DNA of 64,000 nucleotides, taken from Octopus sinensis. Lineage: Eukaryota. The notes beneath the pieces are model-generated. The model ran no database searches. It saw only the letters and a program-made list of their open reading frames with translations, and had not been told where the DNA came from. The translations under genes and the position numbers were made by a program. The DNA lies in contig NC_043019.1 of NCBI RefSeq assembly GCF_006345805.1, forward strand, positions 30,069,360 through 30,133,359, in the 5' to 3' direction. Position 1 is the first letter of the stretch. The number at the start of each line of letters is the position of its first letter. Positions 12,422-26,111 of this stretch are shown here, piece by piece.

Positions 12422-12628
12422 CATTTACGATATATGATATATAATGATATAAATAATATACGAATATATGCATATATACATACATATATGTACATACCTA
12501 CATATATATATGTATATATACATGCATATATGAGTATAGGACATAAAACATTGAACACAATGAGAAGCGAAGACACAAAAACAAAAACATATACATATAT
12601 ATAATATATATATGTATAAAATATATAT

Positions 12629-12684
<56 letters not shown>

Positions 12685-13167
12685 TTCATACTTACATACA
12701 TATATACATATATATATCATATATATGTATAAAATATATATTATATTATATATAATATATATATATATTGATGATGATGATGATGATTGAAATGTACTTG
12801 CATATTTACATTTACATACATGCATATATACACATACATTAGTGTGAGTGTGTATATACATCATGTGCATATATTTGTGTGTGTGTGTGTGTAAAAAGAA
12901 ATTTGTGTATTCCCTTATTTGCAATCACTGCTTTAGCTGTATATATGATCATGAGGATATATATCTATATATTTGGCCCCAACATTTTCAGAGATAATTT
13001 AATCACCTACCAGTATTTCCCCTCCCCATTCTCTTATATTTCCCCACCAAATTATATTTTTCATTTGCTGGGTAAATATTATCTCAAAGCCTGAAGCCAC
13101 CTTTGCTGTCTTCATTCCCTATCTTAACATAGATTCCTTTAATCACTTCATTTGCTTGTTCAATACT

Positions 13168-13593
13168 TGTTAGAAAATAAATAACTCAGAGATGTCATCT
13201 GCATGGAAAAACAATAGCTAAGTTAGTGTTGGCATATTTAATGCAGAAAGAGCTTTGAAAATCTTAACCCGTTAGCATTTACACTGACCGTATCAGGCCC
13301 AAATATCTTACGTGCATTGTGTTCAAACTGGCCAGATCTAATCCCACTGATCTACCCTGCCATGGCATTATAAAAATGACATGTTAGAAAATAAATAACT
13401 CAGAGATGTCATCTGCATGGAAAAACAATAGCTAAGTTAGTGTTGACATATTTAATGCAGAAAGAGCTTTGAAAATCTTAACCCGTTAGCATTTACACTG
13501 ACCATATCAGGCCCAAATATTTTACTTGCATTGTATTCAAACTGGCCAGATCTAAATCCATTGATCTACCCTGCCATGCCATTATAAAAATGA
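13168..13593. repeat. 214-bp tandem duplication (unique flank + 5' half of a MITE)
   Basis: TGTTAGAAAATAAATAACTCAGAG starts at 13168 and 13382. The copies differ at scattered substitutions. Confidence 0.9.
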
Positions 13594-13777
13594 ACAAACA
13601 GTACATCAAAATGTCAAAGCTGTTAGATGATACACGATTAATTCAAAACAATATAAATAAATAAGAATTACATTTGACAGAGTTATCTGAATGTTAATGG
13701 GTTACAAAGGTAATTCAAAATAAATATGCAATGGGTAAAGAACAAACTTAGTTGATGACTAATATAATATTTCCATT

Positions 13778-14170
13778 AAGGTGGCGAGCTGGCAGAATCG
13801 TTAGCATGCCGGGTGAAATGCTTAGCGGTATTTTGTCTGTCTTTATGTTCTGAGTTCAAATTCCGCCGAGGTCGACTTTGCCTTTCATCCTTTCAGGGTC
13901 GATAAATTAAGTACCAGTTACGCACTGGGGTCGATGTAATCGACTTAATCCGTTTGTCTGTCCTTGTTTGTCCTCTCTGTGTTTAGCCCCTTGTGGGTAG
14001 TAAAGAAATAGGTATTTTGTCTGTCTTTACGTTCTGAGTTCAAATGCTGCTGTGGTCAACCTTGCCTTTCATCCTTTCAGGGTCGATAAATTAAGTACCA
14101 GTTGTGTACTATGGTTGATCTAATTGACTGGCCCCCTTCTTCAAAAATTTCGGTCCTTGTGCCAAGAGCA
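13778..14170 (+). mobile_element. SINE-A inserted into or fused with an older SINE-A
   Basis: Young tail ...AAAGAAATA (ends 14010) is followed by GGTATTTTGTCTGTCTTTA, repeating 13827 onward, then a second body with the older tail. Confidence 0.85.
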
Positions 14171-14569
14171 GAAAAGAGTATAGTATTTTCATTTATTTTC
14201 AGTAAGTACAAGAGATTATTTGACTCTACTGGACATCCATAGCCATTCTATGTATATATATAAAAAATCCTACTGTATTTTTATAATTAAATATTATTAG
14301 GAATTCCGTCAATTGTAAATAATGTTATTAGGAATTACTCTTTTACTCTTTTACTCGTTTCAGTCTTTTGACTGTGGCCACGCTGGAGCACTGGCTTTTA
14401 GTCAAGCAAATCAACCCCATGACTTATTCTTTGTAAGCCCAGTACTTATTCTATCGGTCTCTTATGCTGAACCACTAAGTTACAGGGACTTAGTAAACAC
14501 ACCAGCATCAGTGGTCAAGCGATGTTGGAGGACAAACACAGATACACAAATATACACACACACACACAC

Positions 14570-14620
<51 letters not shown>

Positions 14621-15409
14621 TATATGATGGGCTTCTTTCAGTTTCCATCTACCAAATCCACTCACAAGGCTTTGGTTGGCCCGAGGCTATAGTAGAAGAC
14701 ACTTGCTCAAGGTGCCACGCAGTGGGACTGAACCCAGAACCATGTGGATGGTAAGCAAGCTACTTACCACACAGCCACTCCTACGCCTATACTCCTGTTG
14801 CGCATAAATTTTAACAGTAAAATCTGCTATGGATCCCCAAGGGCCAAATGGACCCTGATTGAAAACCACTGCTCTTCTATCTGCTTTGGCATGGTTTCTA
14901 TGGCCGAATGCTCTTCCTAATGCCAACCACTTTACAGAGTGTACTGGGTGCATTTTGTTTGGCACCAGCACCAATGAGGCAAGACAAGCCTCTTCCGTTA
15001 AGCAGGAAGTAGAATCCAGTCCCCCCGCACACCTGCCCTATAATGTCCTTCTTAAAGTAAACAATCACATCATTGGAATTCCTTGGCTATGAGATAATGC
15101 CCGATATATTCCAAACAATGTGAATAAACAAACATTACATTTGACAGAGTAACCTGAATACCGAAGGGTTAAATACATTAACATTAATTTAACTAACATG
15201 TCTGTCTCGACATACAATTATTTCTAATTAACCTTTTAATGCTCCTTTCGTTTAAATATGTTAATACTAATTTACATATCCATTTGTCTCACTGTGTAAT
15301 TATTTCTAATCAACATGTCTAATTAGCAACTAAACTTCCCTCAGGCTACATTTTAACTTATCTTTATCTTTTACAAGGAAGGACACATTGACAATGCAGT
15401 CTTATACAA

Positions 15410-15548
15410 ACACACACATGTATGTATGTATGTATGTATGTATGTGTGTATGTATGTATGTGTGTATGTATGTATGTATGTATGTAGGTAGGTAGTAGGT
15501 AGATAGGTAGGTAGGTAGGTAGGTAGGTATGTAATGTATGTATGTATG

Positions 15549-15579
<31 letters not shown>

Positions 15580-15724
15580 TGTATGTATGTATGCATGTAT
15601 GTATGTATGTAATGTATGTATGTATGTAGGTAAGTAGGTAGGTAGGTATGTAATGTATGTATGTAGGTAGGTAGGTAGGTAGGTATGTAATGTATGTATG
15701 TATGTATGCATGTATGTATGTATG

Positions 15725-15755
<31 letters not shown>

Positions 15756-16080
15756 TGTATGCATGTATGTAATGTATGTATGTATGCATGTATGTATGTA
15801 TGTAATGTATGTATGTATGCATGTATGTATGTATGTAATGTATGTATGTATGTATGTAGGTAAGTAGGTAGGTAGGTATGTAATGTATGTAGGTAAGTAG
15901 GTAGGTAGGTATGTAATGTATGTAGGTAAGTAGGTAGGTAGGTAGGTATGTAATGTATGTATGTATGCATGTATGTATGTATGTAATGTATGTATGTATG
16001 TAATTTATATATGTATGTATGTTTGCATGTATGTATGTATGTTTACATGTATGTATGCATGCCCACATGTACATGTATAC
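15410..16080. repeat. Compound (TATG)n/(TAGG)n tetranucleotide satellite
   Basis: About 670 bp of TATG and TAGG runs punctuated by TATGTAATG. Source of the spurious HTYI-rich ORFs. Confidence 0.95.
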
Positions 16081-16233
16081 ACACATATATGTACACTATT
16101 TCTGAAAATAATAGAAAAGGTCACAGAATAATTATAGGTCTGCTGGATCAAGACTGACCTGGATTTAAATAACAACTGTTAATCAAACCCAATAAAAGAG
16201 GCACATGCTTTGTTCCTTGACTTGGTTGAAATA

Positions 16234-16262
16234 TTGGGTTGTCCAGAAAGTTTGTGCCGATT
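16234..16262. mobile_element. Solo mariner TIR
   Basis: TA|TTGGGTTGTCCAGAAAGTTTGTGCCGA matches the TIRs of the 63307-63872 element. Confidence 0.7.
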
Positions 16263-17167
16263 TATAGTAGCTTGCCTTTCAACTTACCGTAAATCCTCAA
16301 GTATTGTCCACCCTTGAGTATAATACGCAGGGGATTTTTAGGGGGCTGTACCTCTGAAAAACCTAAACCTTGTGTATAATACGCAAAAGATGAATTGATC
16401 TTCAAAATTTGGCAAAGACATTGCTTTCAAATTTGGGCTCAAGCCAGCAATTTCAGAGAAGGAGGGGTTAAGCTGATTACATCCACCCCAGGGCTCAACT
16501 GGTACTTATTTTATCCACCCCGAAAAGATGAAAGGCAAAGTCAACCTCAGCCGAATTTGAACTCAGAACATAAAAACGGACAAAATTCCACAAAGCATTT
16601 TGCCCGGTGTGCTAACAGTTCTGCCAGTTCTCTGCCTTATATTTGCCAAATATATTACTAGCCATGATGTGCATAACACATCAATAGAGGTCACTTTATA
16701 GAATATCTGTAAATGAACTTTACTGCTGTTGCTGCTGCTGCTATCACTGCTGCAACAGACCATATAGCGATAGTCTTACTGTAGTCTGTTATTGATAATC
16801 CTTGTTTCAATAGTTATGAGTTGTAAATTTATGGTGGAATCGTACAAATCGTTTTATGTATTACCCTGCATATTTCTGACATCATTATAGCTTGCTTTTT
16901 TCTTTGCAGCAAATATAATATTGATTTTATTTGGTTGGAATTAATTCTTGAATAACTTTAGGTCACCTTTGATCTAGCTGACCTGTGATCAGAGGCAGTC
17001 CAGCTATGACCACTTCTGTGATTATATAACGGAATGTGGCTTTTGTTATCATATTTCTATTGAAATGAACTTTCATTTCAATCAATTTTGAAATTATTGA
17101 AGAATTTAGTAAAAATCTTTATTATTATTAATTATAATCATCATCATAATAATAATAATTATTATTG

Positions 17168-17721
17168 AGTGAAAGAGTAGTTCATGCCATCAAAGTGACA
17201 CTGGGGTAAAATATACGAAGCCCAGTATACCCATCATGACTACCCGTCTGATAAGGGTACACTAGGCACATGCATCACAACCATATGTGCGTGACATGGT
17301 GATCTCATATCAAGATAAACAGTACATGACCTTGCAGGTGGGACCCAGTTAGAATTTTCTTCAGGTTGAGTAGCCCATCCCGCTCAAAAGGTCCCTGAAT
17401 AAGGGTTATTTAAGGATGTTGAATGAAACACCCATGTTTCCAGAGGTGAATTATTCAAACCCCAAAGAATACCTCTCAACACATGGCTATGATGCTCCCC
17501 CACTACTTCTGCTCGTGATCAGAGATGCACATATCGTCAGCCACTAAGGGACATGCTCAACTGGTTAAGGTCAAACAACTGACAAGCAAATCTGTGGTAT
17601 TGAGCAGAATATTTGCTGTAGCCCATCTTTTATACCAAAACAAAACAATGTACATGATAACACTTCCAATCAGTTAAGATTAGAAGCCACGAGAGCCACT
17701 GCCTGGTACTGCATCAGGGCA

Positions 17722-17722
<1 letters not shown>
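17168..17722 (-). mobile_element. Unclassified ~555-bp retroposon-like repeat with (AAT)n tail
   Basis: GC-richer block between (ATT)n tracts. The minus strand ends CTCTTTCACTC-AATAAT. No tRNA boxes or TIRs seen. Single copy in this window, so the classification is inference. Confidence 0.45.
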
Positions 17723-17769
<47 letters not shown>

Positions 17770-18269
17770 GGCAGTGAGCTGGCAGAATCGTTAGCATGCT
17801 GTGCAAAATGCTTAGTGGTATTTCGTCCATCCTTATGTTCTGAGTTCAAGTTCTGTCGAGGTCAACTTTGCCTTTCATCCTTTTGGGGTAGGTAAAATAA
17901 GTACCAGCTACATACTGGAGTCAATGTAATCAATTTACCCCTCCCCCCAAATTTCATACCTTGTGCCTATCGTGGAAAGGATGATTATTATTATTATTAT
18001 TAAGTTTGTGAGCAGGCAGAATTGTTAGCACACTGGACGAAATGCTTAGCGGTATTTCACCTGTTGCTACATTCTGAGTTCAAATTCCGCCAAGGTCAAC
18101 TTTGCCTTTCGTCCTTTCAAGCCTTTAGTCAATTTAATGTTTATTTAATTTAGTGATTTTTTAAATAATATTTATTATAGTATATTTAATTTTTTCTATA
18201 TGGTATGGATAGTGTCTTTCACTATTGAGTTACTTAATAGAAGTTATTTCTCTTAATTATCATCATCAT

Positions 18270-19161
18270 CATCATCATCATCATTTAACGTCCGCTTTCC
18301 ATGCTAGCATGGGTTGGACGGTTCAACTGGGGTCTGGGGAGCCCGAAAGCTGCACCAGTCCAGTCAGATCTGGCAGTGTTTCTACAGCTGGATGCCCTTC
18401 CTAACGCCAACCACTCCGAGAGTGTAGTGGGTGATTTTATGTGCCACCGACACAGGTGCCAGACGAGGCTGGCAAATGGCCACGCTCGGATGGTGTTTTT
18501 ATGTGCCACCACCGACACAGGTGCCAGACGAGGCTGGCAGACGGCCATGCTCGGATGGTGTTTTTATGTGCCACCGACACAGGTGCCAGATGAGGCTGGC
18601 AAACGGCCACGATCGGATGGTGTTTGTTACGTGCCCACAGCACGGAGGCCAGTCGATGCGGTACTGGCTACGGCCACGTTCGGATGGTTTTCTTGTGTGC
18701 CACGTGCCACCGGCACTGGTACCACAAAGATACAAATTCCATTGATGTTCATCTATTTTGATTTGTTTTGATTTTCACTTGCCTCAACAGGTCTTCACAA
18801 GTGTCACAAGAAGGAAGGTATGCACAGGTGGACTGACTACGTCCCAGGTAGGGGCCACAGGTTATGGCCTGACTAGTCTTGCCGGGTCTTTGGATGGTGT
18901 TTTTATGTGCCACCGACACAGGTGCCAGATGAGGCTGGCGAACGACCACGATCGGATGGTGTTTGTTATGTGCCCACAGCACGGAGGCCAGTCGGTGCGG
19001 TACTGGCTACGGCCATGTTCGGATGGTTTTCTTGTGTGCCACCGGCACTGGTACCACAAAGATACAATTCCATTAATGTTCATCTATTTTGATTTATTTG
19101 ATTTGATTTGATTTGATTTGTTTTGATTTCATTTTGATTTTCACTTGCCTCAACAGGCCTT

Positions 19162-19165
<4 letters not shown>
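18270..19165 (-). mobile_element. RTE 3'UTR (to end of ORF) plus an abutting second internal fragment
   Basis: Reverse complement of 6340-6934 with three ~63-bp internal repeats. At ~18890 the sequence jumps back into the repeat region for a tail-less second copy ending at (TA)n. Confidence 0.85.
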
Positions 19166-19198
<33 letters not shown>

Positions 19199-19201
<3 letters not shown>

Positions 19202-19675
19202 TTAGGATAATTTTTTTTTTTTTCGAAAAAAAATTTTATCAGTGGCCAGCATATTAAAAAATACCTACTGACAAAGGGAGGGTTCTTATGAACTAACCCT
19301 GAAATCGGTCCGATACGGTAATAATGGAATTTTTAGAAATTTCTGTCAGCTTTTTTTCGAGGAGCATGCGTATTGTGAAAAATTATATGGTAATGGACAA
19401 TATGTCCAATTTTTGGCATATTTGGCAATTGAAATTTTTTCGTTTGCCCTTATTTATAAGTTATATATATATGTATATATATCATCATCATCATCATCAT
19501 CATTTAGCGTCCGCTTTCCATGCTAGCATGGGTTGGACGGTTCAACTGGGATCTGTGAAGCCAGAAGGCTGCATCAGGCCCAGTCTGATCTGGCAGTGTT
19601 TCTACAGCTGGATGCCCTTCCTAACGCCAACCACGCTGTGAGTGTAGTGGGTGCTTTTTACGTGCCACCCACACA

Positions 19676-19711
<36 letters not shown>

Positions 19712-20675
19712 TCATCATCATCATCATCATCATTTAGCGTCCGCTTTTCATGCTAGCATGGGTTGGACGGTTCAACTGTATATATATATATACAAAATTA
19801 AGGAATGTAGTGGATAAAATCCAGGCTATATATGTTTTATAGCTAGCAGAACCTTGGAAGTAGTAATGAATTATCTAAACGAAGGCTAATCCGCTAGCTA
19901 CTTGTTGGGCCAAAGATACCTAATCAAAAGACGTTTACATTGTTGTCCAGCGATCCCATGTTGACTTCCATAATTACTACTACCGAGCTTCTACTAGCTA
20001 TGAAGCATATGTAGTTTGGATTTTCTCTTCTTCATTCCCTAATTTTGCATTTGTATTCACATGTACAATAACCCCCTTCTGCTAACTGTAAGCTATAAAA
20101 CAATTTTTTCAGCTTATCGAACCTTAATATGGGAAAAAATTCACAACCTTCTACACCAGTGGTTTTCAACCAGGGTTCCGCAGAACCTTAGGGTTCCGCC
20201 AGTACAGTCCAGGGGTTCCGCAGGAAGTGACAAAACTGCTAAAATTGGCAGTAATTTTTAATTCTCCTGTGCAGATATGTGTGCATAAGACTATTAAATT
20301 ATTGCACAGGGGTTCCTCGAGCCAGTGGAATGTTTCCTTGGGGTTCCGCTCCAGCAAAAAGTTTGAAAAGCACTGTTCTACACCAACAAACTACTATTGT
20401 TCCTGAAAGTTGTTTTTTATACCTTCTCCAGACTGCTTAATGCTTACTAACTTCCTGCACCTTGATCTTTGATTCTTACTTTTACACACACCCACACACA
20501 CACATAACAGGTTTCTTTTAGTTTCTGTCTACCAAATCCACTCTTCAGAGTTCGATTGGTCTGAGGCTATAGTAGAAGACACTGGCTCAAAGTGCCATGC
20601 AGTGAGACTGATCCCAGAACCATGCGGTTAGGAAGCAAAGCCCTTACCACACAGCTACATCTGTGCATATATATA

Positions 20676-20718
<43 letters not shown>

Positions 20719-21189
20719 GGATAATTTTTTTTTTTTTCGAAAAAAAATTTTATCAGTGGCCAGCATATTAAAAAATACCTACTGACAAAGGGAGGGTTCT
20801 TATGAACTAACCCTGAAATCGGTCCGATACGGTAATAATGGAATTTTTAGAAATTTCTGTCAGCTTTTTTTCGAGGAGCATGCGTATTGTGAAAAATTAT
20901 ATGGTAATGGACAATATGTCCAATTTTTGGCATATTTGGCAATTGAAATTTTTTCGTTTGCCCTTATTTATAAGTTATATATATATGTATATATATCATC
21001 ATCATCATCATCATCATTTAGCGTCCGCTTTCCATGCTAGCATGGGTTGGACGGTTCAACTGGGATCTGTGAAGCCAGAAGGCTGCATCAGGCCCAGTCT
21101 GATCTGGCAGTGTTTCTACAGCTGGATGCCCTTCCTAACGCCAACCACGCTGTGAGTGTAGTGGGTGCTTTTTACGTGCCACCCACACA

Positions 21190-21229
<40 letters not shown>

Positions 21230-22182
21230 TCATCATAATCATCATCATTTAGCGTCCGCTTTTCATGCTAGCATGGGTTGGACGGTTCAACTGTATATAT
21301 ATATATACAAAATTAAGGAATGTAGTGGATAAAATCCAGGCTATATATGTTTTATAGCTAGCAGAACCTTGGAAGTAGTAATGAATTATCTAAACGAAGG
21401 CTAATCCGCTAGCTACTTGTTGGGCCAAAGATACCTTAATCAAAAGACGTTTACATTGTTGTCCAGCGATCCCATGTTGACTTCCATAATTACTACTACC
21501 GAGCTTCTACTAGCTATGAAGCATATGTAGTTTGGATTTTCTCTTCTTCATTCCCTAATTTTGCATTTGTATTCACATGTACAATAACCCCCTTCTGCTA
21601 ACTGTAAGCTATAAAACAATTTTTTCAGCTTATCGAACCTTAATATGGGAAAAAATTCACAACCTTCTACACCAGTGGTTTTCAACCAGGGTTCCGCAGA
21701 ACCTTAGGGTTCCGCCAGTACAGTCCAGGGGTTCCGCAGGAAGTGACAAAACTGCTAAAATTGGCAGTAATTTTTAATTCTCCTGTGCAGATATGTGTGC
21801 ATAAGACTATTAAATTATTGCACAGGGGTTCCTCGAGCCAGTGGAATGTTTCCTTGGGGTTCCGCTCCAGCAAAAAGTTTGAAAAGCACTGTTCTACACC
21901 AACAAACTACTATTGTTCCTGAAAGTTGTTTTTTATACCTTCTCCAGACTGCTTAATGCTTACTAACTTCCTGCACCTTGATCTTTGATTCTTACTTTTA
22001 CACACACCCACACACACACATAACAGGTTTCTTTTAGTTTCTGTCTACCAAATCCACTCTTCAGAGTTCGATTGGTCTGAGGCTATAGTAGAAGACACTG
22101 GCTCAAAGTGCCATGCAGTGAGACTGATCCCAGAACCATGCGGTTAGGAAGCAAAGCCCTTACCACACAGCTACATCTGTGC
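19199..22182. repeat. Near-identical 1.5-kb tandem duplication
   Basis: 19199-20666 matches 20713-22182 (period 1514-1516). Identical ORF translations in the track. Both junctions lie in (TA)n tracts. Confidence 0.97.
20157..20375. mobile_element. hAT MITE with 8-bp TSD
   Basis: CAGTGGTTTTCAA...TTGAAAAGCACTG with TTCTACAC on both sides. Duplicated at 21673-21891. Confidence 0.9.
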
Positions 22183-22222
<40 letters not shown>

Positions 22223-22247
22223 ATATGTATATATATATGTGTATATG

Positions 22248-22548
22248 TGGAGGCGCAATGGCCCAGTGGTTAGAGCAGCGGACTCGCGGTCGTAGGATTG
22301 CGGTTTCGATTCCCAGACCGAGCGTTGTGAGTGTTTATTGAGCAAAAACACCTAAAAAGCTCCACGTGGCTCCAGCAGGGGATGGTGGCGATCCCTGCTG
22401 TACTCTTTCACCACACTTTCTCCCACTCTTTCTTCTGTTGGCCTGCTCACTTAACCAGTGGGGTGGCGTCATTCGAAGGCTAACACAATGCGAACGCATT
22501 GTGACCAGTGATGTGTAACAACATCTGATGGTCTGGTCGGTCACGTGA
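22248..22548 (+). mobile_element. SINE group C, tail type 2, full-length
   Basis: A box TGGCCCAGTGG, B box GGTTTCGATTCC, tail GCATTGTGACCAGTGATGTGTAACAACATCTGATGG. Confidence 0.9.
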
Positions 22549-22577
22549 TATATATATATATATACATACACACACAG

Positions 22578-22609
<32 letters not shown>

Positions 22610-23057
22610 AACAGTTTCTGTCTATCAAATCCACTCAAAAGTGAACATGTAGAGGCTACTTAATGAAATAGTCTCTGCATGGTAACTTGACTTGCTGAAG
22701 ATAGCAGCCAAATATTCCACAAACCCTAATGTCAAAAACATTAAAAAATGGATGGGCTGTTCATGACTGAGAGACCATACATATAAGTACTTCACTTGAT
22801 ATGATTACATTTTTCACAGAGCAGCCGCATTTCTTATTGTGTTGTATAGATTCAGGCAATATCTCTGGCTGGTCTGAGAATAATTTGCTCATTTCATTCC
22901 ATTTGTCATAGAGATTCATTGTTGTCGTGTCCACATTATGGTGATGAAAGATTCTTGGAGCCTCAATAAAAACAGCCCTTTTTTGGTTCTTTCACATAGC
23001 TGATACTGAGAAAGACAGAAGTGAACTCAATCCAAGTACTTGACTGGTATTTTGTGT

Positions 23058-23290
23058 AAAGGCGGCAAGCTGGCAGAAACTTTAGCACGCCGGGCGAAAT
23101 GCTTAGCGGTATTTTGTCTGCATTACATTGTGAGTTCAAATTCCGCCAAAGTCGACTTTGCCTTTCATCCTTTCGGGGTCGATAAATTAAGTACCAGTTA
23201 CGCACTGGGGTCGATGTAATCGACTTAATACCTATGTCTGTCCTTGTTTGTCCCCTCTGTGTTTAGCCCCTTGTGGGTAATAAAGAAATA
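23058..23290 (+). mobile_element. Young SINE-A with GGTATTTTGT TSD
   Basis: GGTATTTTGT at 23046-23055 and 23291-23300. Inserted into a decayed opposite-strand SINE-A. Confidence 0.9.
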
Positions 23291-23951
23291 GGTATTTTGT
23301 TTATCAACCCCACACCTATCCATATAGATGGATAAAAGGTGTAGCTGGCCTGAGTAGGATTTGAACTTGAATGCAGAGAGCCAGAAACGAAATACAGCAT
23401 CTGATGCTCTGATGGCTCTGTCAATTCACCACCTAACGAATGCCATGAGAGACGCCAAAACTACTGCCCTTCCTCTTTAAGAAAAAAAAAAATCCCCATA
23501 ACAACTAATGACTTCATGACCTTACCAAAATGAATTCTGATTTGCTTTTACACCAAAGCTGTATTTACTATGCTCACCAAAATTAATCATTAAATGCTTT
23601 CATTATTGAGGGCATAATTCTAATTAATTAAAATTTCTTTGCTTTCTGTATTATGCTAGTGTGCACTTTACTATTTCTATTCCATGCAAAAAGCCTTCTT
23701 CAATATTTTTTCCCTTGTCATTCAATTAATTTGCTTTGCCACTCCTTGTTCATTCACTAAAGTCCTATTTTCACTTTACTGCTGATTATTCTACTAAATC
23801 TTGCAGTTGTAGTTAAGCATTTTAGTCTACTGTATTTTTGCTGCATACAGGTCAATGTAGCATACAATGTAAATATGCAGTGTAAACGTTCAAACATTGT
23901 CACTATCTTTCCAAATCCTGTTGCAGTTCACATAGAATTTTTGGTCATCTT

Positions 23952-24355
23952 ATTTCTTTATTGCCCACAAGGGGCTAAACATAGAGGGGACAAACAAGGG
24001 CAGTAAGTCGATTACATCGACCCTAGTACATAACTGGTACTTAATTTATCGACCCTGAAAGGATGAAAGGGTAAAGTCGACCTTGGCGGAATTTGAACTC
24101 AGAACGTAACGGCAGAGGAAATGCCTATTTCTTTACTACCCACAAGGGGCTAAACACAGAGAGGACAAACAAGGACAGACAAATGGATTAGATCGATTAT
24201 ATCAACCCCAGTGCGTAACTGGTACTTATTTAATCGACCCCGAAAGGATGAAAGGCAAAGTTGACCTCGGCGGAATTTGAACTCAGAACGTTGCAGTAGA
24301 CGAAATACCGCTAAGCATTTTGCCTGGCGTGCTAAGATTTCTGCCAGCTTGCTGT
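23952..24355 (-). mobile_element. SINE-A dimer
   Basis: Junction at 24125/24126 joins the tail of one copy to the internal GG(C)ATTTC site of the next. Confidence 0.88.
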
Positions 24356-24719
24356 CTTAAGTCATCTCCAAAGTCATCTTGATATATAAGTCAGCCTGTC
24401 TTTTTTTGGGGGGCTGTAAATTTTGATTTGAAAAGTTCAACTTGTATGCCTGGAAATATGGTAAGTTCATATATAAGACAGAGAGATGGAATTTGAAAGA
24501 GATTTAGCTGAAATTTCTAACCGGTTTAGCAACTATGTAGGGGTTTCTTTCATTGGTTCATACATACACACATTATTTTCCAGCACACATATTTATATAT
24601 ATCATTATCATCATCATTTTCATCATTGCTTTAATGTCCGTTCTTTTCATGCATGTCATGATCAAATACATTGCAGCCATGACCCTCCCATCTGTTTTCT
24701 TTTGATATTAATGCAATGG

Positions 24720-25145
24720 ATGCAAGTGTGACCATGTGGTTAAGAAGCTTGCTTCCCAATATTGTGGTTTTGGTTCAATTCTACTGTCCAGCATCTTGGA
24801 TAAGTGTCCTCTGCTATAGCCCTGGGCACACCAAAGCCTTGTGAATAGATTCGGTGGAAGCAAGCTGAATGAAAACTGTTCCATATATGTGTGTGCGTGT
24901 ATGTATGCCTGTACATGTGTGCCTCTGCATGTTTGTGTGTGTGTATCCTTGTCTTGACATCCTCTTATGATTGTAAATGAGCATCACTGTTATACAAGCA
25001 GTGTTGTTCATTTCCTGTCTTGGTGAAATATTGCCTTACTTGGAAAGAGGAGAGTCAGTAGCAGGAAGGGTATCTAACCATAGAAAATCTGTCTCAGCCA
25101 ACTCCATCTGACTTATGCAAGCACGGAAATGATGATGATGATGAC
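24720..25145 (+). mobile_element. SINE-B head with an RTE-derived tail (older variant)
   Basis: B-type head, then a different body ending AGGAAGGGTATCTAACCATAGAAAATCTG...ATGCAAGCACGGAAATGATGATG, homologous to the RTE 3' end. Similar copy at ~29840-30545, interrupted by SINE-A. Confidence 0.7.
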
Positions 25146-25644
25146 GATGACATGTGTATGTATGTATGTATATATGGAAAAAACTTTTCATACAGATGTT
25201 TTTATCTAAAGAAATTCAAATTCATCATCATCATCGTTTAGCATCCGCTTTCCATGCTAGCATGGGTTGGACGGTTCAACTGGGGTCTGGGAAGCCAGAA
25301 GGCTGCACCAGGCCCAGTTTGATCTGGCAATGTTTCTACGGCTGGATGCCCTTCCTAACGCCAACCACTCCATGAGTGTAGTGGGTGCTTTTTACGTGCC
25401 AGACGAGTCTGGCAAACGGCCACGATCGGATGGTGCTTTTTATGTGCCACTGGCACGGGGGCCAGGCGAGGCTGGCAACGGCCACGAACATAGAAATTCC
25501 TATCTACAGCTGTTTCCATACACAATTCCTTAATTTCAGAAATAAAATTCTGTATACAAAACCAATGAATTGTGTATATCCTCAGGGAGAATTTCTAAAT
25601 GAAATTTAACAATGTGTAGGCTAACTTACTTTAATTCTTTGACT

Positions 25645-25688
<44 letters not shown>

Positions 25689-26111
25689 TTTTATTTTTTC
25701 ATTTCGTTCCTGTCAGATTTTATCCCTAATTTTGTGGTTATATAACCTAGCTGTTCTTTCTAGGGTGCTGAATCCCATGTGTGGATTCCTTATGTGTTTA
25801 AATGTACACTGTATTATATATATATACATATATATATATATACATATATACACATACATATATGTATAAATATACATATATACACATGTATTATATATAT
25901 ATATACAAGTGTATATATATATATTTATACATATGTATATACATATATATATATTTATACATATGCATATATATACACAAGTGTATATATATATGCACTT
26001 GTATATATATATGCATACATAGATATATATATATATACGTTTGCGTGTGTGTGTATTTATAGCCTGTTTTTTCTTACAAATAAGTAAACATTGTTTGTGT
26101 TGTAATTTCAG

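Noticed and set aside
15364-16086. Long ORFs of 120-240 aa (HTYI-rich)
   Set aside because: Translations of the TATG/TAGG satellite, open in several frames because the repeat lacks stops.
22248-22322. tRNA-like sequence with A and B boxes
   Set aside because: It continues into a SINE body and tail found in many copies and lacks a proper acceptor stem, so it is a SINE head and not a tRNA gene.
23000-23035. Possible 36-nt exon DTEKDRSELNP
   Set aside because: Weak donor (AA|GTACTT), and its 3' part is a decayed SINE-A.
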